A stretch of 64,000 bases of DNA from Octopus sinensis. Lineage: Eukaryota. The position numbers and the translations under genes are program-made. The DNA is taken from positions 6,324,001 to 6,388,000 of the forward strand of contig NC_043006.1 of NCBI RefSeq assembly GCF_006345805.1. The letters are read 5' to 3'. Shown piece by piece: positions 11,400-24,421 of this stretch. Under the pieces are notes generated by a model that was not told the origin of the DNA, searched no databases, and saw nothing but the letters and a program-made list of their open reading frames with translations. The first letter of the stretch is position 1. Every line of letters begins with the position of its first letter.

Positions 11400-13190
11400 A
11401 TCACCATCATCATTATCGTCGTTTAACATCTGCTTTCCATGCTGGCATGGGTTCGACGGTTTGACTGAGGGCTGGCAAGCTAGGAGGCTGTATCAGGCTT
11501 CAATCTAATCTGGCAAAGTTTCTACAGCTGGATGCTCTTCCTAACGCCAACCACTTCGAGAGTGTAGTGGGTGCTTTTATGTGCCACCAACACGAGATCC
11601 AGTCAGGCGGTACTGTCATCGGCCACTACAACGACTTCACTTGCCTCAACAGGTCTTCGTAAGCGCAATTTATTGCCCAATGATTGAAGGGTACTCTTAA
11701 ATGGGTCAGTTATGCTGCACTGGCATAGGCCATGGTTACGGTCTCACTTGGCTTGCCGGGTCTTCTCATGCACAGCATACCTCCAAAGGTCTCGGTCACT
11801 TGTCATCGCCTCCATGAGACCCAACGTACGAAGGTCATGCTTCACCACCTTATCCCAGGTCTTCCTGGGTTTACCTCTTCCACAGGCTCCTTCTACTGCT
11901 AGGGTGTGACACACTTTCACACAGCTGTCCTCATCCATACGCAACACATGACCATACCAGCACAGTCGTTTCTCTTGCACACCACATCTGATACTTCTTA
12001 AGAACAATTATTCTCTCAGGGCGCTTACACTCTGTCGTGTTTACTCACTGACATTACACATCCAGCGGAAAATACTAGCTTCATTCCTTGCAAGCTTACG
12101 CATGTTCTCAGCAGTCACGGTTCATCTTTCACTGCCATGTAGCATGGCTGTTCGCACACATGCGTCAAACAGTCTACCTTTTACTCTGAGCGAGAGGCCC
12201 TTAGTCACCAGCAGAGGTAAGAGCTCTCTGAACTTTGCCCAGGCTATTCTTATTCTAGCAGCTACACTTTCAGAGCATCCACCCCCCGCCACTGACTTGG
12301 TCACATAGGTAACGAAAGCTATTAACCACTTGTAGATTTTCCCCTTGGAATGTGACGGAAGCTGTTTTCTGCACATTTTCAGTGTTTATTGCCCCTGAGC
12401 ATTTGCCACAAACAAAAACTATCTTCCCAGTTAGCCTTCCTTTGATATTGCTGCACCTCCTATGTGTCCACAGCTTACACCGAGTATATCTTATTGAGTT
12501 TCTACCTATGCCTTTTCTACAGATCGAGCAGGGCCATCTACCTGAAGGGATTTTGGGTTTGTCTGCCTCCTTACTCACTAAGAATTTTGGTTTTTGCTAG
12601 ATTCACTCTAAGGCCCTTCGATTCTAATCCTTGCTTCCACACCTGAAACTTCTCTTCCAGTTCTGATAGTGACTCAGCTATTAGAGCAAGGTCATCAGCA
12701 TAGAGGAGTTCCTAGGGGCATCCTGTCTTGGGATTCTTGGAGGACTATAATGAATAAGAGGAGGCTGAGGACTGATCCTTGGCGGACCCCTACTCGGAAT
12801 TCTTCACTGTACTCGTTGCCAACCCTCCCCGTACTGACAGCATCCCTGTACAGGGCTTGTACAACTCTCACTAACCACTCATCTATCCCTAGTTTCCACA
12901 TTGACCACCAAATAAGGTATCGGAGGACCTTGTCAAAAGCTTTCTCCATGTCAACGAAAGCCGGGTACAAAGGTTTATCTTTGACTAGGTATTTCTCCTG
13001 CAGCTGCCTTACCAGAAATAAAGCATCAGTGGTACTTTTCCCTAGCACAAACCCAAACTTCATTTCGTCTAGACTGACTATTTCCCTAATTAGTTGGGCT
13101 ATGGCCCTCTCCATGACTTTCATTACCTGATCCAACAACCTGATACCTCTGTAATTATGTGTATCTAAGGCATCACCTTTGCCTTTGTAT
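11400..13190 (-). mobile_element. 5'-truncated RTE-clade LINE: degenerate RT with PHD-like insert, 3' UTR and (ATG)n tail
   Basis: ORF pieces 12695-13138 (FVDMEKAFD, GVRQGSVLS), 12270-12578, 12122-12376 and 11744-12007 run directly into the 3' UTR found as short copies across the window. Confidence 0.9.
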
Positions 13191-13463
13191 ACTAAAAAAA
13201 TCGATAGATCTACATCGGCTCAGTATATACCACCGTTTGGGAATCGGCTTTGGTTTGTTTACCTCCCCGTAACTGAATGGTTTGGCAAAAAAAAAAAAAA
13301 AAAAGATAAAGAAAGAAAGAACGGATAGAATAAGTACTAGCTTACGAGGGTCGATTCGTTCGACTAAACCCTTCAAGGCGGTGGCCCCAGCGTGACTGGA
13401 GTCCAAAGGCCGAAAGAAAAAGATAAGTTGAAAGATATTTATTTGTGCTTTTGTAATAGATGT

Positions 13464-13835
13464 GTGGAGGCGCAATGACCCAGTGGTTAGGGCAGCGGAC
13501 TCGCGGTTTCGATTCCCAGACCGAGCGTTGTGAGTGTTTATTGAGCGAAAACACCTAAAAGCTCCACGATGCTCCGGCAGGGGATGGTGGTGATCCCTGC
13601 TGTACTCTTTCACCACAACTTTCTCTCACTCTTGCTTCCTGTTTCTGTTGTACCTGTATTTCAAGGGGCCGGCCTTGTCACTCTCTGTGTCACGCTGAAT
13701 ATCCCCGAGAACTACTTTAAGGGTGCACGTGTCTGTGGAGTGCTCAGCCACTTACACGTTAATTTCACGAGCAGGCTGTTCCGTTGATTCGGATCAACCG
13801 GAACCCTCATCGTCGTAACCGACGGAGTGCTTCCA
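13464..13835 (+). mobile_element. tRNA-derived SINE family B, tail type 1
   Basis: A/B-box-like head (TGACCCAGTGGTTAGG, GGTTTCGATTCCC). Near-identical copy at 23213-23594 (-). Confidence 0.88.
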
Positions 13836-13894
13836 TTGTGATAGGTGTGTAATTGTAAAATGAATGGAGTGGACGAGGAATTACAATAGGAATA

Positions 13895-14185
13895 TATTTC
13901 GTTTTTGGATTTGGTTTGCAAGATTCTTTATATGAGTTCGTGTGTTGAAGCATTTTCTATTCTGTCTGGGGAGAGTAATTTTCTTTTTGTGCCTTATAAT
14001 GTAACACACTCACCGGTAAAATTTCCACATTTTTCATATTTTTATTGTCCTAAAAGAGAGTCAAAACTATTGAAAAGGTTGCAAAACGCAACGAAAATAA
14101 GAAAAACGTGAAAATTTTTACCTGTGAGTGGTGTTACATAATAAGACACAAAAAGAAAATGAGTCTCCCCAGACACAATAGAATA
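13895..14185. repeat. Foldback-like element with ~80-bp inverted arms and a one-sided extension
   Basis: TGTCTGGGGAGAGTAATTTTCTTTTTGTGCC and GACACAAAAAGAAAATGAGTCTCCCCAGACA arms. Second copy in opposite orientation at about 42018-42270. Confidence 0.75.
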
Positions 14186-14565
14186 GGAATATATATTTTA
14201 GGAAATGTATGCAAAATAAATATGTATACAAAAAATACAACTTGGAATCCTGAAACGAATTAAAAGTACACCTCGAAAACTAATATCTAAACTCCTTGCT
14301 CGACTGTCTACGAAACTAATGTTGCTAGCTCCCAGATCGTTTCCATAAAGTACAAAAAACCGACAGCAAGATGTGGGTTGGCTTGGATTGATCTCCGTCT
14401 CTTTTGTTCCTCGAATTATTTGACAGACCCGTAATTGCTTGAAGTCCCAGTTTGACACATTCCGAAGCACAGTTTGGCAATATGCTGAGATTTCGGTCGA
14501 CATTACAGAGCCACGGCTGGATTGCTGCCAAAGAGGTATTGTATTTTGATGCAAAGATCCAGTAT

Positions 14566-14639
<74 letters not shown>

Positions 14640-15080
14640 TACATACATCTATATATATACATACATACATCTATATATATACATACATACATCTATATAT
14701 ATACATACATACATCTATATATATACATACATACATCTATATATATATACATACATACATCTACACACACACACATATGTGTGTGTGTGTGTATGTATAT
14801 AGATGTATGTATGTATATATATATATATATAGGTGTGTGTGTGTGTGTGTATAGATGTATGTATGTATGTATATATATAGGTGTGTGTGTGTGTATAGAT
14901 GTATGTATGTATGTATATATATATATATATGTATGTATATATATATATATATCACCAACTTATTTACTCTCACCTGTAAAATTGTCGATCGAAGGTGTTT
15001 TGGTCAGGTTAAGTTGTGGAAAAACTTCTTTCACCTGATGCGACTAATGCGCAGATTAAGTAAATCCTTATATATATAGA
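14566..15080. repeat. Compound (CA)n/(TA)n/(TACA)n microsatellite
   Basis: Direct reading. A further (TA)n run lies at 15350-15420. Confidence 0.95.
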
Positions 15081-15361
15081 TGTATGTATGTATATATTAA
15101 TAAATAAAATAAAACATATGCATATATATAAACATATATGTACGTACCTACCTCTACATGTACATATACACGCATATATGAGTACAGGACACCAAAAGGA
15201 CGTCGAACACAATGAGAAACGAAAACATAGACACAAACCAAAGGAACTGGACATTTTTTTAAAAAACAGTAAAAAAATATAGAGTACAGGACAAATAACA
15301 CAAAGAAAAAAAAACCCTTCTTCAGTCGCTAAAGGTTTCATCTACTCTACATGTATGTATG

Positions 15362-15419
<58 letters not shown>

Positions 15420-15684
15420 GTGTGGTGTGGAATAGTGGACCTCGAAGCACACAAAACTATAAAGGTTAGCATGTAAATATTGGGCTCCGTGCAATTAATC
15501 ATTTCGCTTAATGTATTTTTTTGTTTTGGGGATTTTCATTTCCGGGTCAAGATGTAAACATTAACCATGTTATATACAGGCAATGACATTACAAAAATCA
15601 TTGACTTTGAAATGATTTTGAAAGACTTCTATAAAAAGTCAGAAAAGTCTGTTTTTTAGAAGACCTATTCATAAACAGTATGTA

Positions 15685-15805
15685 AATAATAATAATAATA
15701 ATTATGATAATAATAATAATGAAATTATTGTATACAGTGCTCAGGTGCACCACAACTTGTCAAAAGTGCGTATAAAGCATTTGCAGTAATGTACAAATGT
15801 CTAAA
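15685..15805 (-). mobile_element. 3' end of CR1-C LINE with (ATT)n tail
   Basis: Reverse complement matches 40290-40410. Confidence 0.8.
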
Positions 15806-16045
15806 CATTGAAACTATGTTTTTAGTCTATCATTGTGGCTAAAGGTGGGGCCTTCAACGCTTTTTGGCTGGGACGGGCATACTACATGAAACCTAAAAAC
15901 CTCAATTTCCAGCTTTTGTTGAGTTGAGGGCCCCGACACTTTCCTATCGCCGGCTCTGCAACAAGCACACGTGGACGAGAGATTACCAACAAGGTAACCC
16001 GTTATCTACACGACCTCAGTCGGTAGAGTGGTGGGGGCGGTGCAC
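15800..16045 (+). promoter_or_regulatory. Possible MMUT promoter / non-coding first exon
   Basis: Locally CpG-richer unique DNA with CACGTG, GGGGCGG and an AAG|GTAACC donor-like site near 15993. Position upstream of the first coding exon is the main support. Confidence 0.2.
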
Positions 16046-16844
16046 ATTAAGAGATCGAATTTGTTCTATAAATGAAAAATGAAATTTCTGTATAAATATA
16101 CATGAAGAGGCGGCGAGCTGGCGAAATGCTTTGCGTCATTTCGTCCGTCTTTGAGTAATGAGTTGAAATTTCGCCGAGGTCGACTCTGCACATCATCCTT
16201 TCAAGGTCGATAAAATAAGTACCAGTTAACCACCCGTGTTAATGTCATCGACTTACCCCCTCCCCCAATCTTGCTGGCTTTGTGCTAAAATCTGAAACCA
16301 ATTTAAATACATGTATTTTTTCATGTTACATAAACCTTATCGGTCTTAGAAATTCATTTCTCAGACGTGTGCTTACGTAAATGCATCTTTTACGCAGGTA
16401 GGTGGTTTATCGATGTTCTTGTAACATGTACTTACCATAATATTTTGCTCTGATCGAGAAAAACTCGTGGTCGATGACGTTCTAGCCATGACCATTTGCA
16501 GATCTAGAACCACATCGTCCAATGTGCCCTTTCATTTTTTAAAAATCATTTAAGTGTGACTTGAGAAAGATATGAGTGCCATTTCTAAGAGATGGAGCAA
16601 CTTGACAGAAGCTTCTTTATTTGTACCTATGATACTCTGTCTGTCAACTTTTATCAAATTTCGTTAAAATGAATTAAAGTTTGCATCGTCTCGTACAAGG
16701 GGAGACAATTCCAAAGTTACAAGAGGACATGTAAAGGAGAATCAAGTGAACAAAAAACAACAGCCAAAAGTTAACGAAGGGGAATGGTTTAAAATGGAAG
16801 TCTTGCGCTATCATGGCATAGGTTTTTACTTTCAAAGACACTCC

Positions 16845-17375
16845 ACCACCACCACCACCACCATCCTCATCATCGTTTAACGTCCGCTTTCCATGCTAGC
16901 ATGGGTTGGACGGTTCGACTGGTGTCTGGGAAGCCAGGAGGCTGCACCAGGCCCAGTCTAATCTGGCTGTGTTTCTACAGCTGGATGCCCTTCCTAACGT
17001 CAACCACTCCGTGAGTGTAGTGGGTGGTTTTTACGGGGAGGCTGGCAGCGGCCATGATCGGTTAGTGCTTTTTACATGCCACCAGCATGGAGGCCAGTCG
17101 AGGTGGCGCTGGCAATGGTTCTTTTACGTGGTTCTTTTACGTGCCACCGGCACAGGTATCACAACTACAATTTCCATTGATTTTTTTATCAATTACGATT
17201 TCACTTGCCTCAACAGGTCTTCGCAAGCAGAGTTTTGTGTCCCAAGAAGGAAAGGTATGCATAAGTGGACTGGCTACATCCCAGGTAGAGGCCACGGGTT
17301 ATGGTCTCACTTGTCCTGTCGGGTCTTCTCACGCACAGCATAATTCCAAAGGTCTCGGTCACTAGTCATTGCCTA
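16845..17375 (-). mobile_element. RTE LINE 3' end (ORF C-terminus, 3' UTR, (ATG)n tail)
   Basis: Same family as 11400-13190. Other 3'-end copies at about 6549-6637, 9313-9515, 18406-18522, 19685-19835, 21700-22430, 25570-26385, 26797-27310, 27922-28210, 29100-29232, 29836-30320, 38510-38695, 39105-39250, 43170-43635, 44440-44952, 60160-60570 and 61285-61530. Confidence 0.85.
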
Positions 17376-18692
17376 GATGTTATACTAAATTAAGTCTCAG
17401 TTTGTAAGACTCATTCAAGCATAACTGAAATTAGTTTAAACATGTTACTCTTTTACTTGTTTCAGTCATTTGACTGCAGCCATGCTGGAGCACCGCCTTT
17501 AATCGAGCAACTCGACCCCGGGACTTATTCTTTGTAAGCCCAGTACTTATTCTATCGGTCTCTTTTACTGAACCGCTAAGTTACGGGGGCGCAAACACAC
17601 CAGCATCGGTTGTCAAGCAATGCTAGGGGGACAAACACAGACACACAAACACACACACATACATATATATATATATACATATATATGACAGGCTTCTTTC
17701 AGTTTCCGTCTACCAAATCCACTCACAAGGCATTGGTCGACCCGAGGCTATAGTAGAAGACATTTGCCCAAGGTGCCACGCAGTGGGGCTGAACCCGGAA
17801 CCATGTGGTTCGTAAGCAAGCTACTTACCACACAGCCACTCCCTGAAGTAAAGTGTAGCTGCTGAAACTGAAATTATTTTAAGTATCTCTCAATTTGACA
17901 ATATGTCCCATTGAGCTGCAGCAGAATGAACGAGAGATTGACACTGGAAATTAAGCTTTTGAAAATAAATGTTATTACTTAGTGAGAAGGGGAAGAGCAT
18001 TCCTGATGACTTAATTCAGGCTTCCAACACTCGTAGAAGCAAAAAGGAGAGAGAGTTATCTTTAGACCAGGCACTTGGCCCTAATGCTTACAACAGAGTG
18101 GACTTTACTAAATGCATCCGTGGGTCATGTGTTGCTGCTGAACTGGGTGCCAAATGAAGTCTGTTTCCCAACAACAGGGGAGGTTTTGCTATTCAGGTTT
18201 CATACGGTTTCGGTCTCTCAAATTCCACTTGAAAGGCTTTGGCTGACCTGAGTCTGTTGCAGGAGACACTTGTCCAAACTGTTGTGATGTGGGATTGAAC
18301 CCAAAACCACATAGTTGCAAAGTGGACTAACTCCTTACACAGTGCCTACCCTAAACACTGACTTCTACTGTGCCTTAACATTGTGACATTTTCAAAAATA
18401 AAGATCATCATCATCATTTAACGTCCGTTTTCCATGCTAGCAGGGGTTGGACGGTTTGACCGGGGTCTGGAAGCCATGGAGGCTGCACCAGGCTCTAGTC
18501 TGATTTGGCAGTGTTTCTACAGATGTTATACATAAATTCTGCCATTTGTCTAATAGATATATATATAAAGGAGGTGAGTAAAATAAAAAGTTTTCCTACT
18601 GTTATGTTTCATGAAAAATATTTCAGTTATGCTCACATGAAAAATGGATATAAAACAGCCCAAACGCATTAGGTCATTAGATTTTGAGTTAA

Positions 18693-18913
18693 CCCTTTTG
18701 TTACCAACCCGGCTGAAACCGGCTCTGGCTCTGTAGTACAAATGTCATGTTTTCATAAGTTTTGAATTAAAATCTTCCACCAAACCTTAGTCCGAATTTA
18801 TGTTCCTAACACTAGCTGAATGATAACTAAGTTATTTTACTAAATTATTTGTTATATTTAAAGTAATTGAAAGAAACACAGGGCATCCCAAAATAAATAC
18901 AGTAACGAAAGGG
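18693..18913. mobile_element. piggyBac-like MITE (TTAA TSD)
   Basis: TTAA|CCCTTTTGTTAC...GTAACGAAAGGG|TTAA. Copies at 40797-41017 and 45703-45922. Confidence 0.88.
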
Positions 18914-18982
18914 TTAAATATCTATTGAAAATGACAAAATGTAGTCTTTAATTCCAAACTTTATAAATGTTTACTTTTTTAG

Positions 18983-19129
18983 TTGCCAGCTCTGTTGTAT
19001 GCCTCTTCTGGCTGCGTGTCTAATCGGTGGCGTCACAGTGTGCCATTTGACCCTGAATGGAAAGCTGGTGCTATAAAGGAACTAAAAGGAAAAAACCCTG
19101 AAGAAACTCTTACGTGGAGAACTCCTGAG
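18983..19129 (+). CDS. MMUT: Methylmalonyl-CoA mutase, first identified coding exon (LPALL...WRTPE)
   Basis: AG/GT bounded, 147 nt. PEWK..AIKELKGKNPEETLTWRTPE aligns to the MUT N-terminus. Confidence 0.88.
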
Positions 19130-20273
19130 GTAACTGTTATGAGTTTTTTTTCTCTTGTATTTATTTTCAATTTCATCATCATCATCATGTAATGTCCACT
19201 TTTCCATGTTTGAATGGATCAGATGGAATTGCAGTGGATTTTCCAAGGCCGGATGACCTTTCTGTTGCCCGCCCTCACTTGTTTCCAGACAAGGTAATAT
19301 TTCCCCATGGTCAGACATACCGTATATGGAAGACTAGAAATGAACACCATCGCTTGATGGATGGTGACGTTCATTTCCAAGCATCTCTTAATATCAAGAC
19401 AAGGGTATAAACACACACACATTTCTGATGTGCTTTTTTTAAGCTTCTGTCTACAGCTCATAAGGCTTCAGTTAGTGTGAGGCCTTTAGTAGGACACACT
19501 TGCCCAAGATGTTATGTAGTTGGACCAAATTGAAGACCATAGAGTTGGGAAGCAATCTTGTCAATCAGAAAGTTTAAATTTCATTATTAAAGAGTTACAC
19601 TGAAATAAAATTTCTTTCTAAGTAATCATGCTCTATTATATTTACATGAAAATTTAATTAAAATTAACAACTGCCATTGTTTAATCATCATCATCATCAT
19701 CATTTAACGTCTGCTTTCCATGCTAGCCTGGGTCGGACGATTTGACTGAGGTCTGGCGAACCAGACTCCAGTCTGATCTGGCAGAGTTTCTACAGCTGGA
19801 TGCCCTTCATAATGCCAACCACTCCGAGAGTGTAGGATTAAAAGTAATAATAATGGGTTTTTATTTGTAATTCTTTCAGTGCAGGCCAAGTGATATTAGA
19901 ATTTATTCCTTGAAAGAAGATTGACGCAGGGCATTTATTTAAATCAGATCTCTAATTAGCAAATGGCCATCTGTAACAGTTGTTCTCAACCAAGGTCTGC
20001 ATGACCCCTGGGGGAGTGTATATAAGATTTTTAGTGGTTCGTACAAGCAAAATAGTAAATTGGGTCAACCATAGATTTTAACTTTGAATTTATATTTTTA
20101 TTATTTTGTAATATGAATATTTAGTAATCTGTTAGTTACAATAATTTGCTGTTTATATATTTTATGTTTTCAGATCAAAAGTTGTACTTATATTTTTGTG
20201 TAAGTTATTGATAATCAAAAAAAAATTAAGATCACTCATAACTTTTGTGTACTTTTTCATTTTTGCTATTCAG

Positions 20274-20405
20274 GGTATAAATATCAAACCTGTGTACACA
20301 AAAGAAGATATTGAAGGTTTCAAAGATGAAATTCCTGGCAAATATCCTTATACACGTGGACCTTACACAACTATGTATACTTATAGACCTTGGACCATTC
20401 GTCAG
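20274..20405 (+). CDS. MMUT: MMUT exon (GINIKPVY...RPWTIRQ)
   Basis: 132 nt, phase 0/0, [14 protein letters not shown] motif. Confidence 0.95.
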
Positions 20406-21044
20406 GTAAAGTGTCTTTTATTTAATGTATTGGTATTGTAACAAGATGAGGGTCTCAGGAACACTTGTGGGGTGTCTGTCTTATCTTGTCACATACAAAT
20501 TGTCGAAGGGAGAATCAAAACTCCGACTGTTTTCAATAGCAATAAATAATACTTTATTTTTCAGGGTTTCGCAAATAAAAAATATTTATACACATATATT
20601 TTCCTTAAGGGCGAACCAGTAGCCAAGTCCACAAGACAGTTCACAAATGTTCACTTGTGTGAGCCAAAATTACCGTCTCCGTTCCCGCTTAGAAGAGAGC
20701 TTCTCTATATGTATGGTTTTCCCTGAGAGAAGGTTGGTCATGTCCACTCGGTAGGGTTGCTGATTCAAAAAGACAGATTTAGTGGGAACGCTTTCAGTTT
20801 GCAGTTCTCTGCGCATGCACATAAAGGAATTTCCGGCGGCCTACCGGAAGCAATCCAACTCTGCGAATGCATGCTGAAAACTTCCAAAAATAGCGTCACT
20901 ACAGTATCAAACCAATGTTTGCATGAAATGATAAAAATAAAAATTAAATATATGTTATTGTTGATGATAAAATTATTTTTAAAAACTTGTTTGAATTGTT
21001 TCTTAATGACTAATTAGAGAGTTTTATTCTTTATCTTTTAACAG

Positions 21045-21151
21045 TACGCTGGTTTTAGTACAGTTGAAGAAAGTAACAAGTTTTATCGATCAAACATTGC
21101 AGCGGGACAACAAGGATTAAGTGTTGCATTTGATCTACCAACACACAGAGG
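21045..21151 (+). CDS. MMUT: MMUT exon ([11 protein letters not shown]...DLPTHRG)
   Basis: 107 nt, phase 0/2. Carries the IRQ-Y-AGF tyrosine that marks methylmalonyl-CoA specificity. Confidence 0.95.
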
Positions 21152-22652
21152 GTTAGTATCCATAATATATATATATATATATGATGGGCTTCTTTCAGTT
21201 TCTATCTACCAAATCCACTCACAGTACTTTGGTTGGTCAGAGCCTATAGTAGAAGACACTTGCCCAAGGTGTCTGAACCCAGAGCCATGCAGTTGGAAGC
21301 AGACTTTGCAACCTTTTTCTCCTCTGCTGCTGTCCATCCTCAGCGCCTTGCTTGCTATCACCCTCAATGCCCTCCGCCCACAATACCTTTACATTTCTAT
21401 TGCAACCCCCACCCCTGATCTTCTAATTTTCTCTCCATCATTTGCTACATTCACCTCATCCTGTCCACTTGCTCAGCCCAACCCTTTATATCACCTTTAC
21501 CTATTATCACTACTCCTAATGTCCTTCAAGGGGCATGTCCCAACACATTTCCACCATCATCTCTCACTATCACTCTCGTTATCTTACTCTCCAGCTCACT
21601 CTCCTTTTCTCTCTACAGCGAAACACTTATATCTGTCCCCTCTATACTTAAAACATCTCAACTGGCACAAAGTCACACTCCCTCAGTACCACTCCCTTCT
21701 TTCCTAGTTGAGGGTTTCTTGTCTTGAAAGATATTTGCCGACCTAGTCTGTGCTGGTACCATGTTAAAAACACTGGCGCTGGTGCCATGTAAAAAGCACT
21801 GGTGTTGATGCTGCATATAAAGCCCCTAGTATATTTTGTAAAGTGGTTGGAAGGGCATCCAGCTGCAGAAACCATGTCAAAACAGATTATAGAAGCTGGT
21901 GTGGATCCTGACTGTATCAGTTCCTGTCAAACTGATTAACCCATGCATGGAAAATGGATGTTATATGATGATGATTGTGATATATATATATATATATATA
22001 TGGCCGTTGCCAGCCTCGCCTGGCACCTGTGCGGGTGGCACGTAAAAAGCACCCACTACACTCACGGAGTGGTTGGCGTTAGGAAGGGCATCCAGCTGTA
22101 GAAACATTGCCAGATAAGACCGGAGCCTGGTGCAGCCTCCTGGCTTCCCAGATCCCCGGTCGAACCGTCCAACCCATGCTAGCATGGAGAACGGACGTTA
22201 AACGATGATGATGATGATATATCATCATTTAACGTCCGTTTTCCATGCTAGCACAGGTTGGATGGTTTGACCGGGGTCTGGGAAGCCAAGAGGCTGCATC
22301 AGGCTCTGGTCTGATTTGGCAGTGTTTCTACAGCTTGATGCCCTTCCTAACGCCAACCACTCCGAGAATGTAGTAGATGTTTTTTTACGTGCCACTGGCA
22401 CAGGTGCCAGAGGAGGCTGGCACCTGTGTGACTGTTGAAATTCTGTTTGAAACTTAATGTTTCAAAATAAGCTGTTTCATCTTATTCAAACAATGGCAAG
22501 AAAGATTTGGTAGTTTATAAAACAGGAACTTGAAAGATTGTACTGAATCATCTTCAAATGTGAACAGAACTTTTAAGACTGAAACTTTATAAAGAAAATT
22601 GACTCTAAGTAATCACTGGATTGTAATGGCATTTATTGTTTATCCTTTACAG

Positions 22653-22836
22653 TTATGATTCTGATAATCCTCGCGTGACTGGAGATGTTGGAATGGCTGG
22701 TGTCGCTATTGATTCCGTGGAAGATACCAAACTTCTCTTTGATGGCATTCCTTTGGAAAAAATCAGTACATCAATGACAATGAATGGTGCTGTGCTGCCT
22801 GTTATGGCTATGTATGTTGTTGCGGCTGAAGAGCAG
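22653..22836 (+). CDS. MMUT: MMUT exon (YDSDNPRV...AAEEQ)
   Basis: 184 nt, phase 2/0. Confidence 0.95.
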
Positions 22837-23212
22837 GTAAATTCTATCTGTTCAAGAGGTAAACAGTTTCCTTAATCTAATTAAAAAAAAAAAAAACCTG
22901 TCAAAATACAGTGAATGGTAAATGTACAATTTTCAGAATGATACTATCATTACAAAACTGTTCTGGGCCTATCCCTTCCACAGGTTCCCTCCACAATTAA
23001 AGCTTGGCACTTCTTTACACAGCTGTCCTCATCCATACGCATCATATGATCAAATCAGTGCAGTTTTCTCTCTTGCACAAATCAAATGCCTCTTATACCC
23101 AGTTTCCTGCTTAAATCATTTACACTCTGTCGTGTATGCACACTGACATTATCCATCCAGCAGAACATACCAGCTTAATTTCTTTCAAGCCTTCACAGGT
23201 CCTCTGTAGTCT

Positions 23213-23594
23213 TGGAAGCACTCCGTCGGTTACGACGATGAGGGTTCCGGTTGATCCGAATCAACGGAACAGCCTGCTCGTGAAATTAACGTGTAAGTGG
23301 CTGAGCACTCCACAGACACGTGTACCCTTAACGTAGTTCTCGGGGATATTCAGCGTGACACAGAGAGTGACAAGGCCGGCCCTTTGAAATACAGGTACAA
23401 CAGAAACAGGAAGAAAGAGTGAGAGAAAGTTGTGGTGAAAGAGTACAGCAGGGATCACCACCATCCCTGCCGGAGCCTCGTGGAGCTTTAAGTGTTTTCG
23501 CTCAATAGACACTCACAATGCCCGGTCTGGGAATCGAAACCGCGATCCTATGACCGCGAGTCCGCTGCCCTAACCACTGGGCCATTGCGCCCCC
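23213..23594 (-). mobile_element. SINE family B copy inserted into an RTE LINE fragment (about 22960-23950, -)
   Basis: Matches 13464-13835. RTE coding remnants continue on both sides. Confidence 0.85.
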
Positions 23595-24286
23595 GCTCAG
23601 TAGTCTTAGCTCATGTCTCACTGCCGTATAGCATTGCTGTACATACACAGGCATCATACAATCTGCTTTTCACTCGGAGGGAGAACCCTTAGTCACCAAC
23701 AAAGTTAGTAGCTCTCTGAACTTTACCCAGCCTTTTCTTATTCTAGTTACTACATTTTCAGAACTTCTTCCACCACTGCTAACTTAGTCTCCTAGGTAAC
23801 AGAAGCTACTACTTCTAAGACACCCCTCCACCCGAGCATTTGAACGAGTCTGTTGTCTGTGCATTTTTAGTGCTTATTGTACCTGCACATCCCACACACA
23901 AACACTATATTCTTTGTTAACTTTCCTGTGATACCACTACACCTTAACTGTCGAGTATGAGAAATAAATTTACAATAAGGTACAGGAGTATGTAAGATAA
24001 GATTTATTCAAGCTTTTGTCTATTTAGAATAATACAAATTTTATTTTATACTAAAGATTGAATATTTGAGACAAATGTCTGAAAAAAAAAAATCTTTGAG
24101 CAGTGCAGGTTAGGTAAAATATGTAAGGTGATATCAATAAATGCAAATGATGAGAAAGGATATTGTATTATCTGATATGGTTTGTTTAACGATCTTATAT
24201 TTCGGGGAAAAAATTCCCTTTTCAAATGGAAGAAAGAAGCGATGCAAAGAACATTCATTTGAATGTTTAATTTTCTTTTCTTTCAG

Positions 24287-24421
24287 GGTGGAAAACAAAC
24301 TAATCTGGCCGGAACAATACAAAATGATATTTTGAAAGAGTTTATGGTGCGAAATACTTACATTTTCCCTCCAGAACCCTCAATGAAAATAATAGGGGAT
24401 ATTTTTGAATATACATCGAAG
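24287..24421 (+). CDS. MMUT: MMUT exon ([25 protein letters not shown]...YTSK)
   Basis: 135 nt, phase 0/0, substrate-binding Arg in FMVRNT. Confidence 0.95.

Noticed and set aside
13464-13520. tRNA genes (also 23520-23594, 41490-41566, 10191-10260)
   Set aside because: The A/B boxes run into SINE bodies and no complete cloverleaf is evident; these are SINE heads.
15020-15070. Possible hammerhead at CTGATGCG...TAAA
   Set aside because: Both core motifs are mutated and there is no stem III; at most a decayed relic.
16381-16397. ATG-HLLR followed by AG|GTAGGT as the MMUT start exon
   Set aside because: It is presequence-like but ends in phase 2, incompatible with the phase-0 exon at 18983 unless an unseen exon intervenes.
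17969-18157. 62-aa ORF as a separate gene or MMUT exon
   Set aside because: No recognisable similarity and no convincing splice sites.
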